Source of the DNA: Negaprion brevirostris
Taxonomy: Eukaryota
DNA length: 60,244 bases
Direction: 5' to 3'
Assembly (NCBI GenBank): GCA_030324005.1
Contig: JARDVH010000001.1
Location: forward strand, 92,569,456 to 92,629,699
A program made the position numbers and the translations under genes. The number at the start of each line of letters is the position of its first letter. Position 1 is the first letter of the stretch. Positions 37,737 to 49,583 of the stretch are shown piece after piece. The notes below the pieces were generated by a model that saw only the letters and a list, made by a program, of their open reading frames with translations, was not told the DNA's origin and did no database searches.

Positions 37737-38060
37737 TAAAAACAAATTAGTGCGGATGCTGGAAATCTGAAATAAAAAAAACAGAAAGTGCTGGAAATAC
37801 TCATCAGATCTGGCAGCACGTGAGGACAGAAACAGAGTTAATGTTGAGTTGATTACTACATTCACTTCATAAGTTCTGACGAAGAGACACATTCAATTTG
37901 AAACATTAGGTGGGATTTTACAGCCTCGCTTGAGCAAAACTGTAAATTTCCACCAGAGATCAATGGACATTTCTGTTGTCTGCCCCTCACCCATTCTGAT
38001 TCTGTGGTGGGCGGGATGGGAAAATTCCAGTGATTAACTCTTTCTGCTGCTAGACCTCTT
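37737..38060. mobile_element. Second Penelope-type palindromic repeat family, interrupted by a MITE
   Basis: gctggaaatctgaaataaaaaaaacagaaagtgctggaaatactcatcagatctggcagca...ctgacgaag...gaaacatta [MITE] ttaactct...gctgctagacct. Related pieces at ~8500-8600 and 47490-47730. Confidence 0.55.
37909..38033. mobile_element. PIF/Harbinger-type MITE with TTA target-site duplication
   Basis: tta at 37906-37908 and 38034-38036, with imperfect TIRs ggtgggatttta ... gaaaattccagtga. Confidence 0.6.
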
Positions 38061-38599
38061 ACGTCATAAATACTTGTGTTGCAGAATAAAATTTGGCTTT
38101 TGTATCTTTTGGCTCTACAGCTAGTCTACCAGGAAGTACAGGCCTTTTTTGCAGAGACAACATACTTTTTGATAGTATTGTTAAAGTTTGCTTTTGTAGC
38201 TCATTTGTAAAGTATTGGAGCAGCAGTGTTTTTGACGTGAAAAAGAATAGTTCCTGAACAAGGTTAATGTTAGTTAGCAACCACATGCTGTTATATAAAT
38301 CAGCAGATGCAAAGCTTTGGAAATGCATTATGTGAACTGGACACACAGTGGATCATCTGCTTTCACGGGTGACAGTTATAATTTATATTAATAAACTTTA
38401 GAATGAATTTCTGTGGGGGTTCTACCTGATCTGCTGCCAAAACTCCAGTATAAGAGCAGCATATCACCTGGAAAAGCCATTCATTTCATTTCTCAAGGCC
38501 CCCAGTGAATGGTGGGAGATCAAGAATCTCATTGAAAGCTTCTCCTGGGTGTCTGGAGCAATGTACACATGTAGAATATACGTTTGCAGTGAGCATCAA

Positions 38600-38800
38600 A
38601 CATCGTCTTGGCCAATATTCATCCCTTAACCAACATCACTATAAAAAACAGCTTGAATGGCCATTATTTAATTGTTGTTTGTCGAACTTCATTGTGCGCA
38701 AGCCAGCTATCATGTTGCTAACATTACAACATCTATCACGATATTCAATTGACTGTGAAGCAAATAAAAGGCACTATAGAATTGCAAGTCTTTCTTTCTA
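38600..38800 (+). mobile_element. DeuSINE fragment
   Basis: ttggccaatattcatcccttaaccaacatcact...aacattacaaca...aaaggcactatagaattgcaagtctttctttc. Confidence 0.7.
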
Positions 38801-40269
38801 GCTGATTGGAGTGTCTGCGGACCAATCAATGAGAAAAATTGCAAACCTGCTTTCAGTTGCAAAAGAGTTATTTGCCCTTGCTATTTATAAATAATGATTG
38901 TCACATAATTCATACATTATTCAGAAAATCACAAATAACCAAATTGCCAACTCTCCCTCCTGGGCAAAAGCAATCATTTTGATTATGCAGACAATCTTAG
39001 TAGCACTGCCAAATCCACATATGCTCTTATATTACACTGTCAGTCCCACTACCACAAATACCAACAGGAACCGCCCATGCCTCTTCTGAAAACCTTTTTA
39101 ACCCAACTCATCTGGTATCACTATCACTTCCAGATCACAATATTATGGGTTCATGTATCAATTCAGGACACATAGTCAAGGCTGACATTACAGCACAGTG
39201 CTGAGGTGCAATTGGCTTCTGGGATAATGTCAAGAGCTCATGACAATCTGTTCCAGTTGTTTAGATAAGTGCCCACCAATCCCTGAAAAATATTTTCTTA
39301 AACTGTCATCATAAAAATTGAGCCAATAGGTCCATCATTCTATTGCTGTTTGTTGGACATACTGTCCACTGTGTTTGCCTTTGCCTCAAAGGTTCACAAT
39401 AAGGTGTTAGACAAAGCTTCATTTTCTGTCTCCCTCCCTAATTGTTGCCCTCAATTTTTTCACTCCCTCCCACAATTTCCTGCTGATGCCTATCCTGCCC
39501 TTACCCTCTTTCAATTCCAATCCCAAAATTCCTGAGATTCCATTCCCAATAAGAAACAAATTAAGAAAACAACAGAGACACAAAAGAGCAACAGAGGAAG
39601 ATATGCAAAGAGATAGAAGCAGTGAAGCCATCTCCGTCCAGAAAGCACAAGGCTCTCTATAAGACATATCAATAGAATCAATCCAATTTAACCCTCACAC
39701 TGGCTGGCAGTCTGCTCTTGAGTGGTGTCATTCCATCCCGTTGAATTAATAGATAAATAAATGATTTCAGAGCAAAATATAGGACCCCATGTGAATTAAA
39801 GCAGCGAATCCAGTTCAGTAAATGAGATAAATACAGAACACTACACTTATATCATGTCTGAAACTTGCACAATATCTTGAGAGGTCTAGATTTTTAATAT
39901 AGATTCAAGAAAGGAGTGCAGTGAAATTATACCATTGCTCTATACAATTTTACAATGTAACTCAGAATGTTAGCCTTTGAATTGTGAGTATAACAAGGGG
40001 TGGAATCTAGTGAAGTTCCTGGGAGCGGGAAACAAGGTGGACAAGAGCAGTTAATTATGAAATGACAGCTGCCTGATTGTGCATTGAAAGTCAAGAAGTA
40101 AGATGCAGGTAGATTAAAGACAAATTGTGGTCCCTGACAGCAAGAGGCAGAAACCAATTTTTAATCCATTAGCATGCCACGCATACTTATTAAAACTCAT
40201 GGTCAGCAGATTAAATTGTGCCTTTGTGATTAAGTTGGCATCAAAAGAGGAACAAGTGTTTTCTATTCA

Positions 40270-41230
40270 AAACTGCTTAAAGATAGCGTGCAACAAGCCA
40301 AAGTAGTCTTCTTGGTGGATTTGGAGTGTGTAACAGCTACTTCACAGTCTGGGGCACTGTGTTGGACCAGAGGAAAGGAGATTGAGTTTGCATTGAGCTC
40401 CAGTAGCATGGCAGCCCTAAGAATAGTCATGGGGGACAGTGGGAGGGCGCTAGATGAAGCCAACAGTGGCTTCAGGAGATCATGGGTGACTGAGGGTAGA
40501 CCTATCGTGAAGCTGGGAAAGTTGAGTGCACCCAGGATAGGTCTAAGGTTATAGAGGGATGGTCAAGGATGACAACTGATAGGACAAGAGGAGGGGGCAG
40601 ACTCAGAGCATTGGGGAGCAAAAGTGATGGTGGGTAGCTTAAGGATCTCAGAAGGCAAGCTTATGGTGAGGGATGGTCAAAGGTGATGGCTTGCAGCTCC
40701 AGGGGTCCAAATATGGCAGTGGGGAAAGGTGGCAGCAGTCCAATTTCAAAATCCGCCTCTCAGATAGGCGTTCCCACATCCCTCCAATCATTGGCTGAGC
40801 CTTTCAACTGTGCAGAGCACATTGGCTGACTGCCGCATGATAGGTACGTAGCCAGCCATTTCATCTCTGAGCGGAAGTCCCGCACACTTATAGTTCTACC
40901 ATTGAGAAACTCCCTGCTGCAACAAGGTTTCACGTGTATCTTTCATATCAGGAAAAATTTCAAAGTGTGAAATATTGTCTGGATCTGTACTTTTCTCTTC
41001 ATAAATTGCATTAATATATAGCACATGACACATAGTAAAACTTTCCAAGGTGCTCTATAGGAATAGCAGACCAAAGAAAATTGATATTAAGCTAGGGGAT
41101 ATTACAGCATGTAACCAAAGCTTGGTCACAGGTTTTAAGGAGTATCTTAAAGGGAGAGGAAAGCAGGGAGACTGAGGAAGGAAATTCCAGAGCAGAGGGC
41201 TTGGGCAGCTGAAGGCCACCACGCTTAGTA
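40270..41230 (-). mobile_element. L2-type LINE fragments (40270-40740 and 41050-41230)
   Basis: Purine-rich degenerate LINE-like sequence. ggaaggaaattccagagcagagggcttgggcagctgaaggccacc reads VAFSCPSPLLWNFLP on the minus strand, like the L2 C-terminal RAFSxxAPxLWNSLP motif. Confidence 0.6.
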
Positions 41231-41420
41231 CTCTGTAAATATAAATGAGGGCCGATTTTCTGGAATTGGCACTTTGTGCATGTGATATCCATGTGACTGA
41301 AAGTTTCATGACCAAACAGCTACTCAAATAGTTCATTACAAAAAAAAGTTTGAAGTGTCTCTAAACAATGAAACAGGGAAAAATATATATTAAGAAGTTA
41401 AAACAAAAGATGTCACAATT

Positions 41421-41740
41421 ATAGTAGAGTATCCCTATAGTACAGAAGGGGGGCATTCAGCACATCCAGACTGTATCGACCACAATCCCACCCAGGCCCT
41501 ATTCTCATAACGCTACAGATTTACCCCGCTAATCCCCCTGACACTAGCGTCAATTTAGGATGGCCAATCAGCCTAACCTGCATACCTTTGGACTGTTGGG
41601 GGAAACCAGAGCACCTGGAGGAAATCCACACAGACACGGGAAGAAAGTGCAAACTCCACACAGACAGCGACCTGGGGCTGGAATTGAACCCAGGTCCCTG
41701 GCACTGCAAGGCAGCAGTGTTAACCGCTGTACCACCATGC
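41421..41740 (-). mobile_element. HE1-like V-SINE (full length)
   Basis: Minus strand catggtggtacagcggttaacactgctgcc...gggttcaattcc, V-core and CR1-type tail. Confidence 0.88.
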
Positions 41741-41987
41741 ACTCATTGACACATTTTGTCAGAGTGATCCTCTTCAAATCATAGAACATTGCAACACCCA
41801 AGATACTGGAAGCACCCAGGAACAAAACAAAGAGACAAGTTACAGCAAAACAAACTCTCAAACCCACAAGATTATAAAATGAGAAATATGCTCTGTTTTT
41901 TTTGGTTCGATTACACTAATGACCAGATTTGAATTCTTAGTTTACTGGGAAGTTGTCTTGCGAGGTTCAGACACTGACAATACTTAC

Positions 41988-42059
41988 AGTCTCTCCAGCT
42001 CCTTCAAATCCTGAAAGGCTCCCCTCTCAATGGTGGTTATTTGGTTTTCCATGAGCTGT
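41988..42059 (-). CDS. SLIT2: Slit homolog 2, coding exon 3 (one LRR, 72 bp)
   Basis: tttcacag acceptor and GTAAGT donor. Translates (L)[23 protein letters not shown](L); human SLIT2 is [24 protein letters not shown]. Confidence 0.96.
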
Positions 42060-43261
42060 CTGTGAAACAGATGACAGAAAATGAAGCCATGGCATCTTAA
42101 TGCAGTGAGTAAGCAGGNNNNNNNNNNNNNNNNNNNNNNNNNNNNNNNNNNNNNNNNNNNNNNNNNNNNNNNNNNNNNNNNNNNNNNNNNNNNNNNNNNN
42201 NNNNNNNNNNNNNNNNNNNNNNNNNNNNNNNNNNNNNNNNNNNNNNNNNNNNNNNNNNNNNNNNNNNNNNNNNNNNNNNNNNNNNNNNNNNNNNNNNNNN
42301 NNNNNNNNNNNNNNNNNNNNNNNNNNNNNNNNNNNNNNNNNNNNNNNNNNNNNNNNNNNNNNNNNNNNNNNNNNNNNNNNNNNNNNNNNNNNNNNNNNNN
42401 NNNNNNNNNNNNNNNNNNNNNNNNNNNNNNNNNNNNNNNNNNNNNNNNNNNNNNNNNNNNNNNNNNNNNNNNNNNNNNNNNNNNNNNNNNNNNNNNNNNT
42501 GTCACAGAATGACAAGTCAACCCACAGTTAAGAATATAAATTGTGAGTATTGCTTTCTCTAATAATGTTTTTAATATATTTCACTTGGGGAACTTTATAA
42601 AAGTATTTGTAAGAAGAAACATGAATGTTCAAGTATAGAATTACTTGTTAAGAATGAGTAATATTGTGCTTACGTTTTCTTCAAGAATCCTGTTGCAATC
42701 TTTGAGATTTTTCACATGCCAAGTGCTTGACACTAGCTGTGCCTCTGTGGCTACTCAAAGAGTGACATTTGGTTGTGCCAATTTTCAAAGACTGGCGAAT
42801 ACTATTATCCATTCACAATCAGCAAGTGAAACAAAATTGTTAAATACAGGCTCAGTAGAGTTTGCCAAGTGTACTGTCACACTGTGTTATTAAACGTCAA
42901 AATAGCAAGCAGCTTGAAGCATTGGATAGGCGCTGGATAAAGTATCCCATGGCATCATTACAGTTATACCCAGTGCCTCAGTTTCCAACTTCTAAAATGA
43001 ATCACATTTTCCTTCAGGAAATAGAATGCCAATAATCCAGTGGGAGAGCAGCATTAAGAGTGTTACTGTCTAGATCTGTGATGTATAGTCACTGCTAACT
43101 CTGCCTTGTGCTAATTCATACAACACCTCATTCCTGCATTTCATTCACAAAGGGTAACATGAGATATCAAACTGCACCTTTTTTTAAATGACAAGCTGAA
43201 GAGTTGGAAGCAAATTGCTGCAGAAATGGATAGATGGCGCGACAAAAATATTTAGACTTAC

Positions 43262-43333
43262 AGAACTCGCATGTGTCTCAATCCTGAAAAAGCTGATTTG
43301 GTGATTCTTGTGATGTTGTTCCCATTCAAATCC
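43262..43333 (-). CDS. SLIT2: Slit homolog 2, coding exon 2 (one LRR, 72 bp)
   Basis: Not in the ORF track. tttcag acceptor and GTAAGT donor. Translates (L)[23 protein letters not shown](L), close to human SLIT2 [24 protein letters not shown]. Confidence 0.96.
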
Positions 43334-45130
43334 CTGAAAGGAAACAATGTTAAAAGTATTTGACAGTGCAACAAGGAGGGAATGGGACAGGCTCACCATA
43401 ATTTCCTGAAGCATGCCCAAGTGGTCAAATCTACACTCAACTACTGATATCTCACTCAGTAATAATTTTAACTCCATTTGGAATCTTTATAAGCAAAGGG
43501 TGCCCCCCCCCCCCAAGCTGGGGAGGGGATGAATGTGTGGGAAGTAAATACCCCTCCCCGTAATTCATGTCCTACTGCTTCTATGAGTACATTAAAAAAA
43601 TTAGTCAATAAATTATTAACGACCACAGGAAAATTGAACACGGCTGAAGAAGTACTAATCCTTCTCTCAACAATACGAAGAAAAGCTGCGTTTATGCCCT
43701 TAGCACGGCTGTAAGCAAGCTCCTTCACACTGGGATCAACAATTGTCTCAGCAATTGGGGGCCAGGGAGAAAGGGTGAGATTAGGGACAGAGGCCGGAGA
43801 AAATAGTTTCTGAGGAAGGTGGGGATCTGTGGACCTGATTCTGAATCTTCAAGAAGCAGGTAAAAGATCTAAACTGTTACCGTTCTCCACCATACATGTT
43901 GCCGCTTGTTGAAGTTCGTGCATTTCTGAGAAACCAGAAGAAATATCAAAACTTTTGTCTTGGGAATTTTTCGTACCATTACTTGTGTTTTTTTAAGTGA
44001 AGGGTATGGCACGCCGAATGCAGAAAACTCCACTGGCGTGCACATTTCACAAATAAATAAGTATTAATGGAAAAATGTGCGCTCTCCATGCTGCGTGCAA
44101 ATGTAGACTTTGACAGCACTGTGAGCTCTTGAAATCTAATCCCATCAAGCATCTGAGACCACTTATACACTCGCCAAGTAAGCTCAATAAGGGCACAATC
44201 CTTTCAAACCCACTCCAAGCTTTCATGCACTTGCACAGAACGAACCGCTAAAAAAAACTGCCCTGTTCCAGTTTATATTCAAAGCGAAATCCCCTCAGCA
44301 ATGGGGGGAGCTGCTGTGACAAGGAACAAGCGCCTTGAGCTTCCTTCTGGAACCCCTACAAGATCTTTCATTGTGTGAACAGTTGTGAAATCTGCCCTGA
44401 TCTCGCACTTAAAAAAAAGCCTAGAACATGTTTGAATGTCCAAGAAATAATCTTAGGGTCCCCTAAGGAAGTGTATTTTGGTTGACCACTGGGTAGCAAT
44501 GCATGTCCTCCCAGAGTTTAGCAATTGAAATTATACCGCAAAGGGTGAACACCCTTCAGCCGAATGTGTGTAATAAGGCGAAATGATCAGAAGCTTCCCC
44601 GCTGAATGTGTTATTCTGCAGAGCCTGACAGTCAGCAAGTCATGTGTGTGCATTCAAAGTGATTCTGGCATTGCATCTGACTCCCGTTCTTACACTTCAC
44701 CTAGCTGTTTGAGACTGGCTCAGACCTGTGCATTATCATCCCCGCTCTCTGCTCCAACCAGCTCCCCCTCCTCCCAAGTGGCTGGCTCTTCCGCAGCCCA
44801 CCCCCCCCCCCTTCAAACCTGTCAGCTCTGCAATGACAGCATTTCAAATACCCGCAAAGATCAGGGTTTTGTTTTCAAAGACAAGGTGCGGCAGGCAGGT
44901 TTTGGAACCTGCCGGCTTTGAAGGGGCAATGCGGATCCCGGTATGAGCCCCAGTAGTGAGTTCCCCACACGGTGAAATGTGCCAGAGTTCCTGCATCACA
45001 CTCTGGGAATGAGCAAGAAACAATTCACCGGAGTCTGCAGAGCTTTCCATTCAAACGGGGAATCCGCAGAATGTCGTGTGCCAGTTCTGTTTAAATCTAT
45101 CCGGGAGGTGAGGAATGGGTTTGTACTCAC

Positions 45131-45315
45131 AGTCTCTCGGTGTTCCTGGGGATGCTTTTGGGGACTGAGCGCAGCCCCAGTCCGTGACAATCCACCGCCG
45201 TCCCAGCACAGCTACAGTGATTCGGGCAAACTTGGCCAACAACTTCTCTCCAAGTATTCGTCCCGATTACCAGGAGAAAGCAGCAGAAACCCCTCCACAA
45301 TCCAAACGCGCTCAT
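45131..45315 (-). CDS. SLIT2: Slit homolog 2, coding exon 1 (signal peptide + LRR N-terminal cap)
   Basis: ATG at 45315-45313. Translates [61 protein letters not shown](L), matching the Slit LRRNT cap [33 protein letters not shown]. GTGAGT donor at 45130-45125; 185 nt, phase 2. Confidence 0.96.
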
Positions 45316-45510
45316 CGCTGCTTTTTTGTGTGTGTGTGCGCGAGGAAGGGGGGGGGGTGTAAACTTTCGTTTCTTTTTTAACCGAAAGGTGAATAAATGT
45401 TGCTTTCAGATCGGATCTCCCAACTTTATTTTCTCTGTCCCAGTGCCAGGGTGTGTGTGCAGAGATTTTTCGAAGCAAGCAGCGACCGCTCCAGTCCCTG
45501 CGAACTCATT

Positions 45511-45529
45511 CACACACACACACACACAC
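45511..45529. repeat. (CA)n microsatellite in the putative 5' UTR
   Basis: Read directly. Confidence 0.85.
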
Positions 45530-46163
45530 CAGCTCCCAGACAATAACACGTATCGCAGCGCCTTCTTTATCGCCACCAGAAGAGGCTCCGGATTCGCAAC
45601 AAAAATGCGACCAAACCAAATGAATTATCTTGTCAGCGGATCGCTTCGGATCGTTCGAGCACGGCAGCCCAGATGATTCAACAGAACAGCGCCGCATACA
45701 ACGCCAGATATCGATTCCCTTTCAAGCATCCATCAGGCTGTCATTATTGACAGTCATGAGAATCACTGAGGATGTGGGGAGGTGGGGGGAAAGAGATCAG
45801 ACACGTCCCGATTCAAACACACCAGGGGCAAAAAAGACTATTAAATGGGCGTGTAATTGCTTAAAGTCTGAACAACCTTTTGTTCTTTTAAGTCCAGATT
45901 CCAAGTAATCAAACAAGGAGATCTTTTTCTCCCCCTTCTCTGTCCGTCCAGGACTGATCTTTTTTTTCAAAATCTTCGATTTGCCCCAAAGACCAGAAGG
46001 TAGGTGGGCAGTGAGACAAATGTTTGCATTCTTGTATTTCCAGCACCTCTCTGGAGTTGCATCAGTCGCGATGGTTGCTTTGGTTTTGTTTTAGGAGGGG
46101 GGTGCTAAAAAAGAGAGGATTGGAAGTAGCCAGGAGCCCGGTGTGGTTGTGTGTCCCTCTCAC

Positions 46164-46191
46164 ATGCTGCTGCTGCTTGCTGCTGCTGCTC
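46164..46191. repeat. Interrupted (GCT)n repeat, (CAG)n on the SLIT2 sense strand
   Basis: tgctgctgctgcttgctgctgctgctc, read directly. Confidence 0.8.
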
Positions 46192-46254
46192 TTAACACTG
46201 GAAGCTCTCCTCCCTCCGCCAGCCTTCCACACTCTCACTCACGTTGCAACAATC

Positions 46255-46400
46255 CAGTGCGTTGGGGGCACACGCTAATGTAGCCAGGCCCTAAGCCCCG
46301 CCCCTTCCCCGCCCCCTCACCCCGCCCGCCCCTCTCATTGGACCCCGTACGCCGGCTCATTAGCATACGGCGGAGACGCGGCGCGGCCAACAATGGAATG
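46255..46400 (-). promoter_or_regulatory. Probable TATA-less core promoter of SLIT2 (GC boxes + CCAAT, CpG-rich)
   Basis: GGGGCGGGG on the minus strand at 46296-46304 and 46307-46315, more GGGCGG at ~46320-46331, and CCAAT (minus) at 46337-46341. CpG is locally enriched against a CpG-poor window. About 1 kb upstream of the ATG. Confidence 0.7.
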
Positions 46401-47489
46401 AATGAACCGGAGGAGAGTCCCACATCCTCAATAGGCTCCCAGTGTCATTGCCCCCAACACCGCTCAACACTCAAATTCTAATCAACTGTTTTGTCTCCTT
46501 CTCTGCTGTTCGCCCCCTCCCCTCCACTCTTCCGAACGCTACTCAAAGGCGAAGCCCCCTGCCCTCCCCCCTCCCCCCTCCAACAACTGAATTTTAGCAG
46601 CCATCTGTGGAGTATTTTTCCCTGGTTTGATAGATACTCCATGGGCACAGTTCCATGAGACTACATCAGGTAAATCCTCCCCCGCGTAAATTAGCAATCC
46701 CTTTTTAGGTGTGAAGTTGCATTCTTGAGTGGGGTGTTGTCACTCCCTGAAACAAATGAATGAATTGTGGAAGGCATTCTTTTGTTTGGAGCTATAAGAA
46801 TCCGTGAGTCGTTTTTTTCCAAGGGTGGTGACAGAATCATGTCTTGTCATATAATTAACCTCGACGTGTTTGCAAACAGAATTGGAGTTGGCAATGACCT
46901 CTTATAAAGGCAATTTTTATCGATACGTTGACAAGGCTGTCAACAATAGTATAAAACGTAGAATTGTGAAAGAACATCAGCAAAAATAAATCTTTAAAAC
47001 AATCATCCACTCCATTTACTTTGGAAATAGAGATAGTATTGGGTGACACTCTGAAACTAAGAAGTTTCTTAAATTTCTATGCTTAAGATACTGTGGATAA
47101 TTTGCCAAAGCATTGCCGACTACAATAGCTTCCCTCCTTTCCAACAAATTCATTGCATGAGTGTTGTTTCGCATCTTTGTGGTCCGAATGATTCATATAA
47201 TCTTTTATTGATTTAGTCTGACTAAGAATGACTAAAACTTTCTCACTTTGAAGCTGGCGTTTGGTTTTAAGTGAGGATGAAAAACGCATTCGCTGAAGAT
47301 CATATTGGTCACCGCCTCCTAAAAGAGACGTAGATGACTATTGAAAAGTATTCATTTTCAAGGAAAAAATAGCATGAAGCCACAAACCATTATTCAACAT
47401 AAACACACCAAGGCAGGAGCTCACTAACGTGGTTGCAAAGACGGTCCAGTATAAAGGAGATTTGTAAAACATAAGACAGGCGAGTCCAA

Positions 47490-47732
47490 AGCGAAATATT
47501 GCGCTTTCTAGGAATCTGAAATAAGACAGAAAATACTAGAAATGCCCAAAATCCATGGGAAGGTCATGACTTTGTCTCTCTCTCCAGTTGCTACCTCACC
47601 TGCTATGTTCTGTCTTTGTATTGGGGGAAATGCTGGAAATACTCAGCAGGTCAGGTAGCAGCTGGAGAGAAAAACAAAGTCAATGATCTTCCCATAGATG
47701 TTTGGCATTTCCAGTATTTTCTGTTTGTTATT
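47490..47732. mobile_element. Penelope-type palindromic repeat remnants
   Basis: aaatgctggaaatactcagcaggtcaggtagcagctggagaga ... catttccagtattttctgtttg, the same family as 37737-38060. Confidence 0.5.
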
Positions 47733-47744
47733 TATGGTGTAAAG

Positions 47745-48112
47745 ACTGCTCCGGGATGGGTGCATGGCACCGAAGGCTCCCTCATGGTGGGGCCGCGAGG
47801 ATGCAACCCCGTCTAAGAAACCCGGGGACAGAGCTTCCCCCTCCAAGCCAAAGGCCGGACCAACTTTCTTGAGCTCCACACGTTGAGGCACCTTCGGCCT
47901 CGCTTTCCTGCCTCAGAAGCATCCACCTCTCCGAATGGGACAGTGATCCTGCATCACGCGGAATCTGCTGTCCTTACTGGGACTGTACGTGCAGGTAGCC
48001 GGTTGGGAGGCCGCCTCCTGGACAGTTACAGCAGATAAGTTGGAACATGATTCAGAAAGAAGTCCTGAGTCTGATACCGGTGTCTGGACCCGACCGAAAA
48101 ATCCAGCCCATT
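47745..48112. mobile_element. GC-rich MITE-like fragment
   Basis: CpG-containing block ending aaaaatccagccc, a TIR end of the gggctggatttt type. Confidence 0.4.
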
Positions 48113-48204
48113 AATGTCCCGATGGTTGGCTGGAGAAATCATGCCTGGCCCCAGCTTCTTGACTTTCTGGTGAAATGGCACTCCAGGGGAAATGCGGAAA
48201 GATT

Positions 48205-49030
48205 TGAAAAACATGATGTGAGCTAGATTTCCAAAAGTCTTTGACAATGTTCCAAATAAAAAAGCTAATAATTGGCCTCAAAGTTCTAGGAATTTAATTG
48301 AAAGGCCAGGAATGGGCAAAAAAGTTTGTTGAAGAATGGAAACTTACACATAATTGTTAGGTTAATAATGTCAGGGTGACGTAGTTTCCCAGGATTATCT
48401 TGAACCTTCAGTGTTTTTCATTTACTTGGATTCAGAACTCAGTACATATTCGTCATATGCAAATTACAAGCTTTAAATGACATAGCTCTAAAAACAACAA
48501 AAAGGTTTCAGCAAAACAATGGTAGATTAAATTTAACGTAGACACGTGTAGAGTCCTAAGTATCTTAGTAGTCTCCACACTCAACAGTTTTGACTACTGC
48601 AGAATAAAAATCAACAGTTAATAGAACGTTGAACTAAGTTTTCCAAAACAGTAGAATATCAGTCAGAGGAAATCATATTCAAACTATGTAAGTATTGTGG
48701 TCAGACCATATCCTGATTACTGTGCCTCCTCTGGTAATCATAGGGAGATATTCTGGAACATGTGGCAGTGTGGAGGACAACCAGGAGCTTGTACCCAGTG
48801 TTAGGCTTGAATTATGGGGGGAGACTGAGATGCTTAGGCCTTTGAGCTTTGAAAAGAGGCACCTCAGAGGTGGTCAAAAAGAGGTATATATGATTAGAAA
48901 CAGGAAGCAAAAGTAAATCCTGGGCACACCACAGGCTCAAATGAATGAAGACCAAACTTAGAACTAATATTGCGTTCAGAAAGTCCCCTTTACATAGTGA
49001 TTAACAAATTAAACAGACTTCTGGTCAGAG
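48205..49030 (+). mobile_element. Highly degenerate CR1 RT/3' fragment
   Basis: ctagatttccaaaagtctttgacaatgttcca is like LDFQKAFDKVP; ttcaaactatgtaagtattgtggtcagaccatatcctgattactgtg is like LYKxLVRPHLEYC; aaaagaggcacctcagaggtggtcaa is like KRRLRGD. Confidence 0.65.
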
Positions 49031-49583
49031 TAACGAAGCAAAAAACCATGAAAAATAAATGACACAATGGGGGACTGTGGGGCTTTTCTGCTTGGACGAA
49101 CAGAGGTGATTCAAATTGCCCTCATCTGTCTTTATGTATGCAGAAGTGTGAAAAGTAGCAATACCAGTAAAAGATATGGAGTCTTTTATATCTCCATGTA
49201 AAGTGATATAAAATTGGGTCTTTGTCGCTGCTTGTTGTAAGTAGGTCAATAAGTTTGTAACCTGGAGTGCCAGTGATTGTGTGATAGCCAGATGTCAGCA
49301 GCCAATGACATTGTAACAATGGAAAAGCTCCTTTACATAAAGTCTGCCATATAGGAAGCGAACACTAAATCACTGTGGCCACTCATCAACAGCAAGCCTT
49401 TTTCAATGTTGGACTAAGTGCTGTCCCATGTTCTTACTTTTTTTAACAGTGTCCTCATATGTTTGACCATGGCAAATTTTGATCTTGTAGCTGCCAGCTG
49501 TTGCTACCAGCTGCGAGTTGGTGACACTAGCATGGCAGCATGACAGATAAATGCAGCACAGCTAAAGGAGATCCTATTTTATG

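Larger units (their letters stand above)
45316..46255 (-). other. Putative long 5' UTR of SLIT2 exon 1
   Basis: Lies between the promoter motifs and the ATG, is CpG-richer than the flanks and has no recognisable TE. The TSS is inferred, not observed. Confidence 0.5.

Noticed and set aside
41984-42520. 178-aa ORF ending [24 protein letters not shown]
   Set aside because: Only 41988-42059 is exon; the rest is intron and gap read-through.
45131-45315. Assignment to SLIT1 or SLIT3
   Set aside because: [37 protein letters not shown] and LFLGT.KLYRL together fit SLIT2 best. A phylogeny or synteny check would confirm.
45636-45660. cggatcgcttcggatcgttcg, resembling the U2 5' end or a UUCG hairpin
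   Set aside because: The match is only ~8 nt and is explained by a short cggatcg direct repeat.
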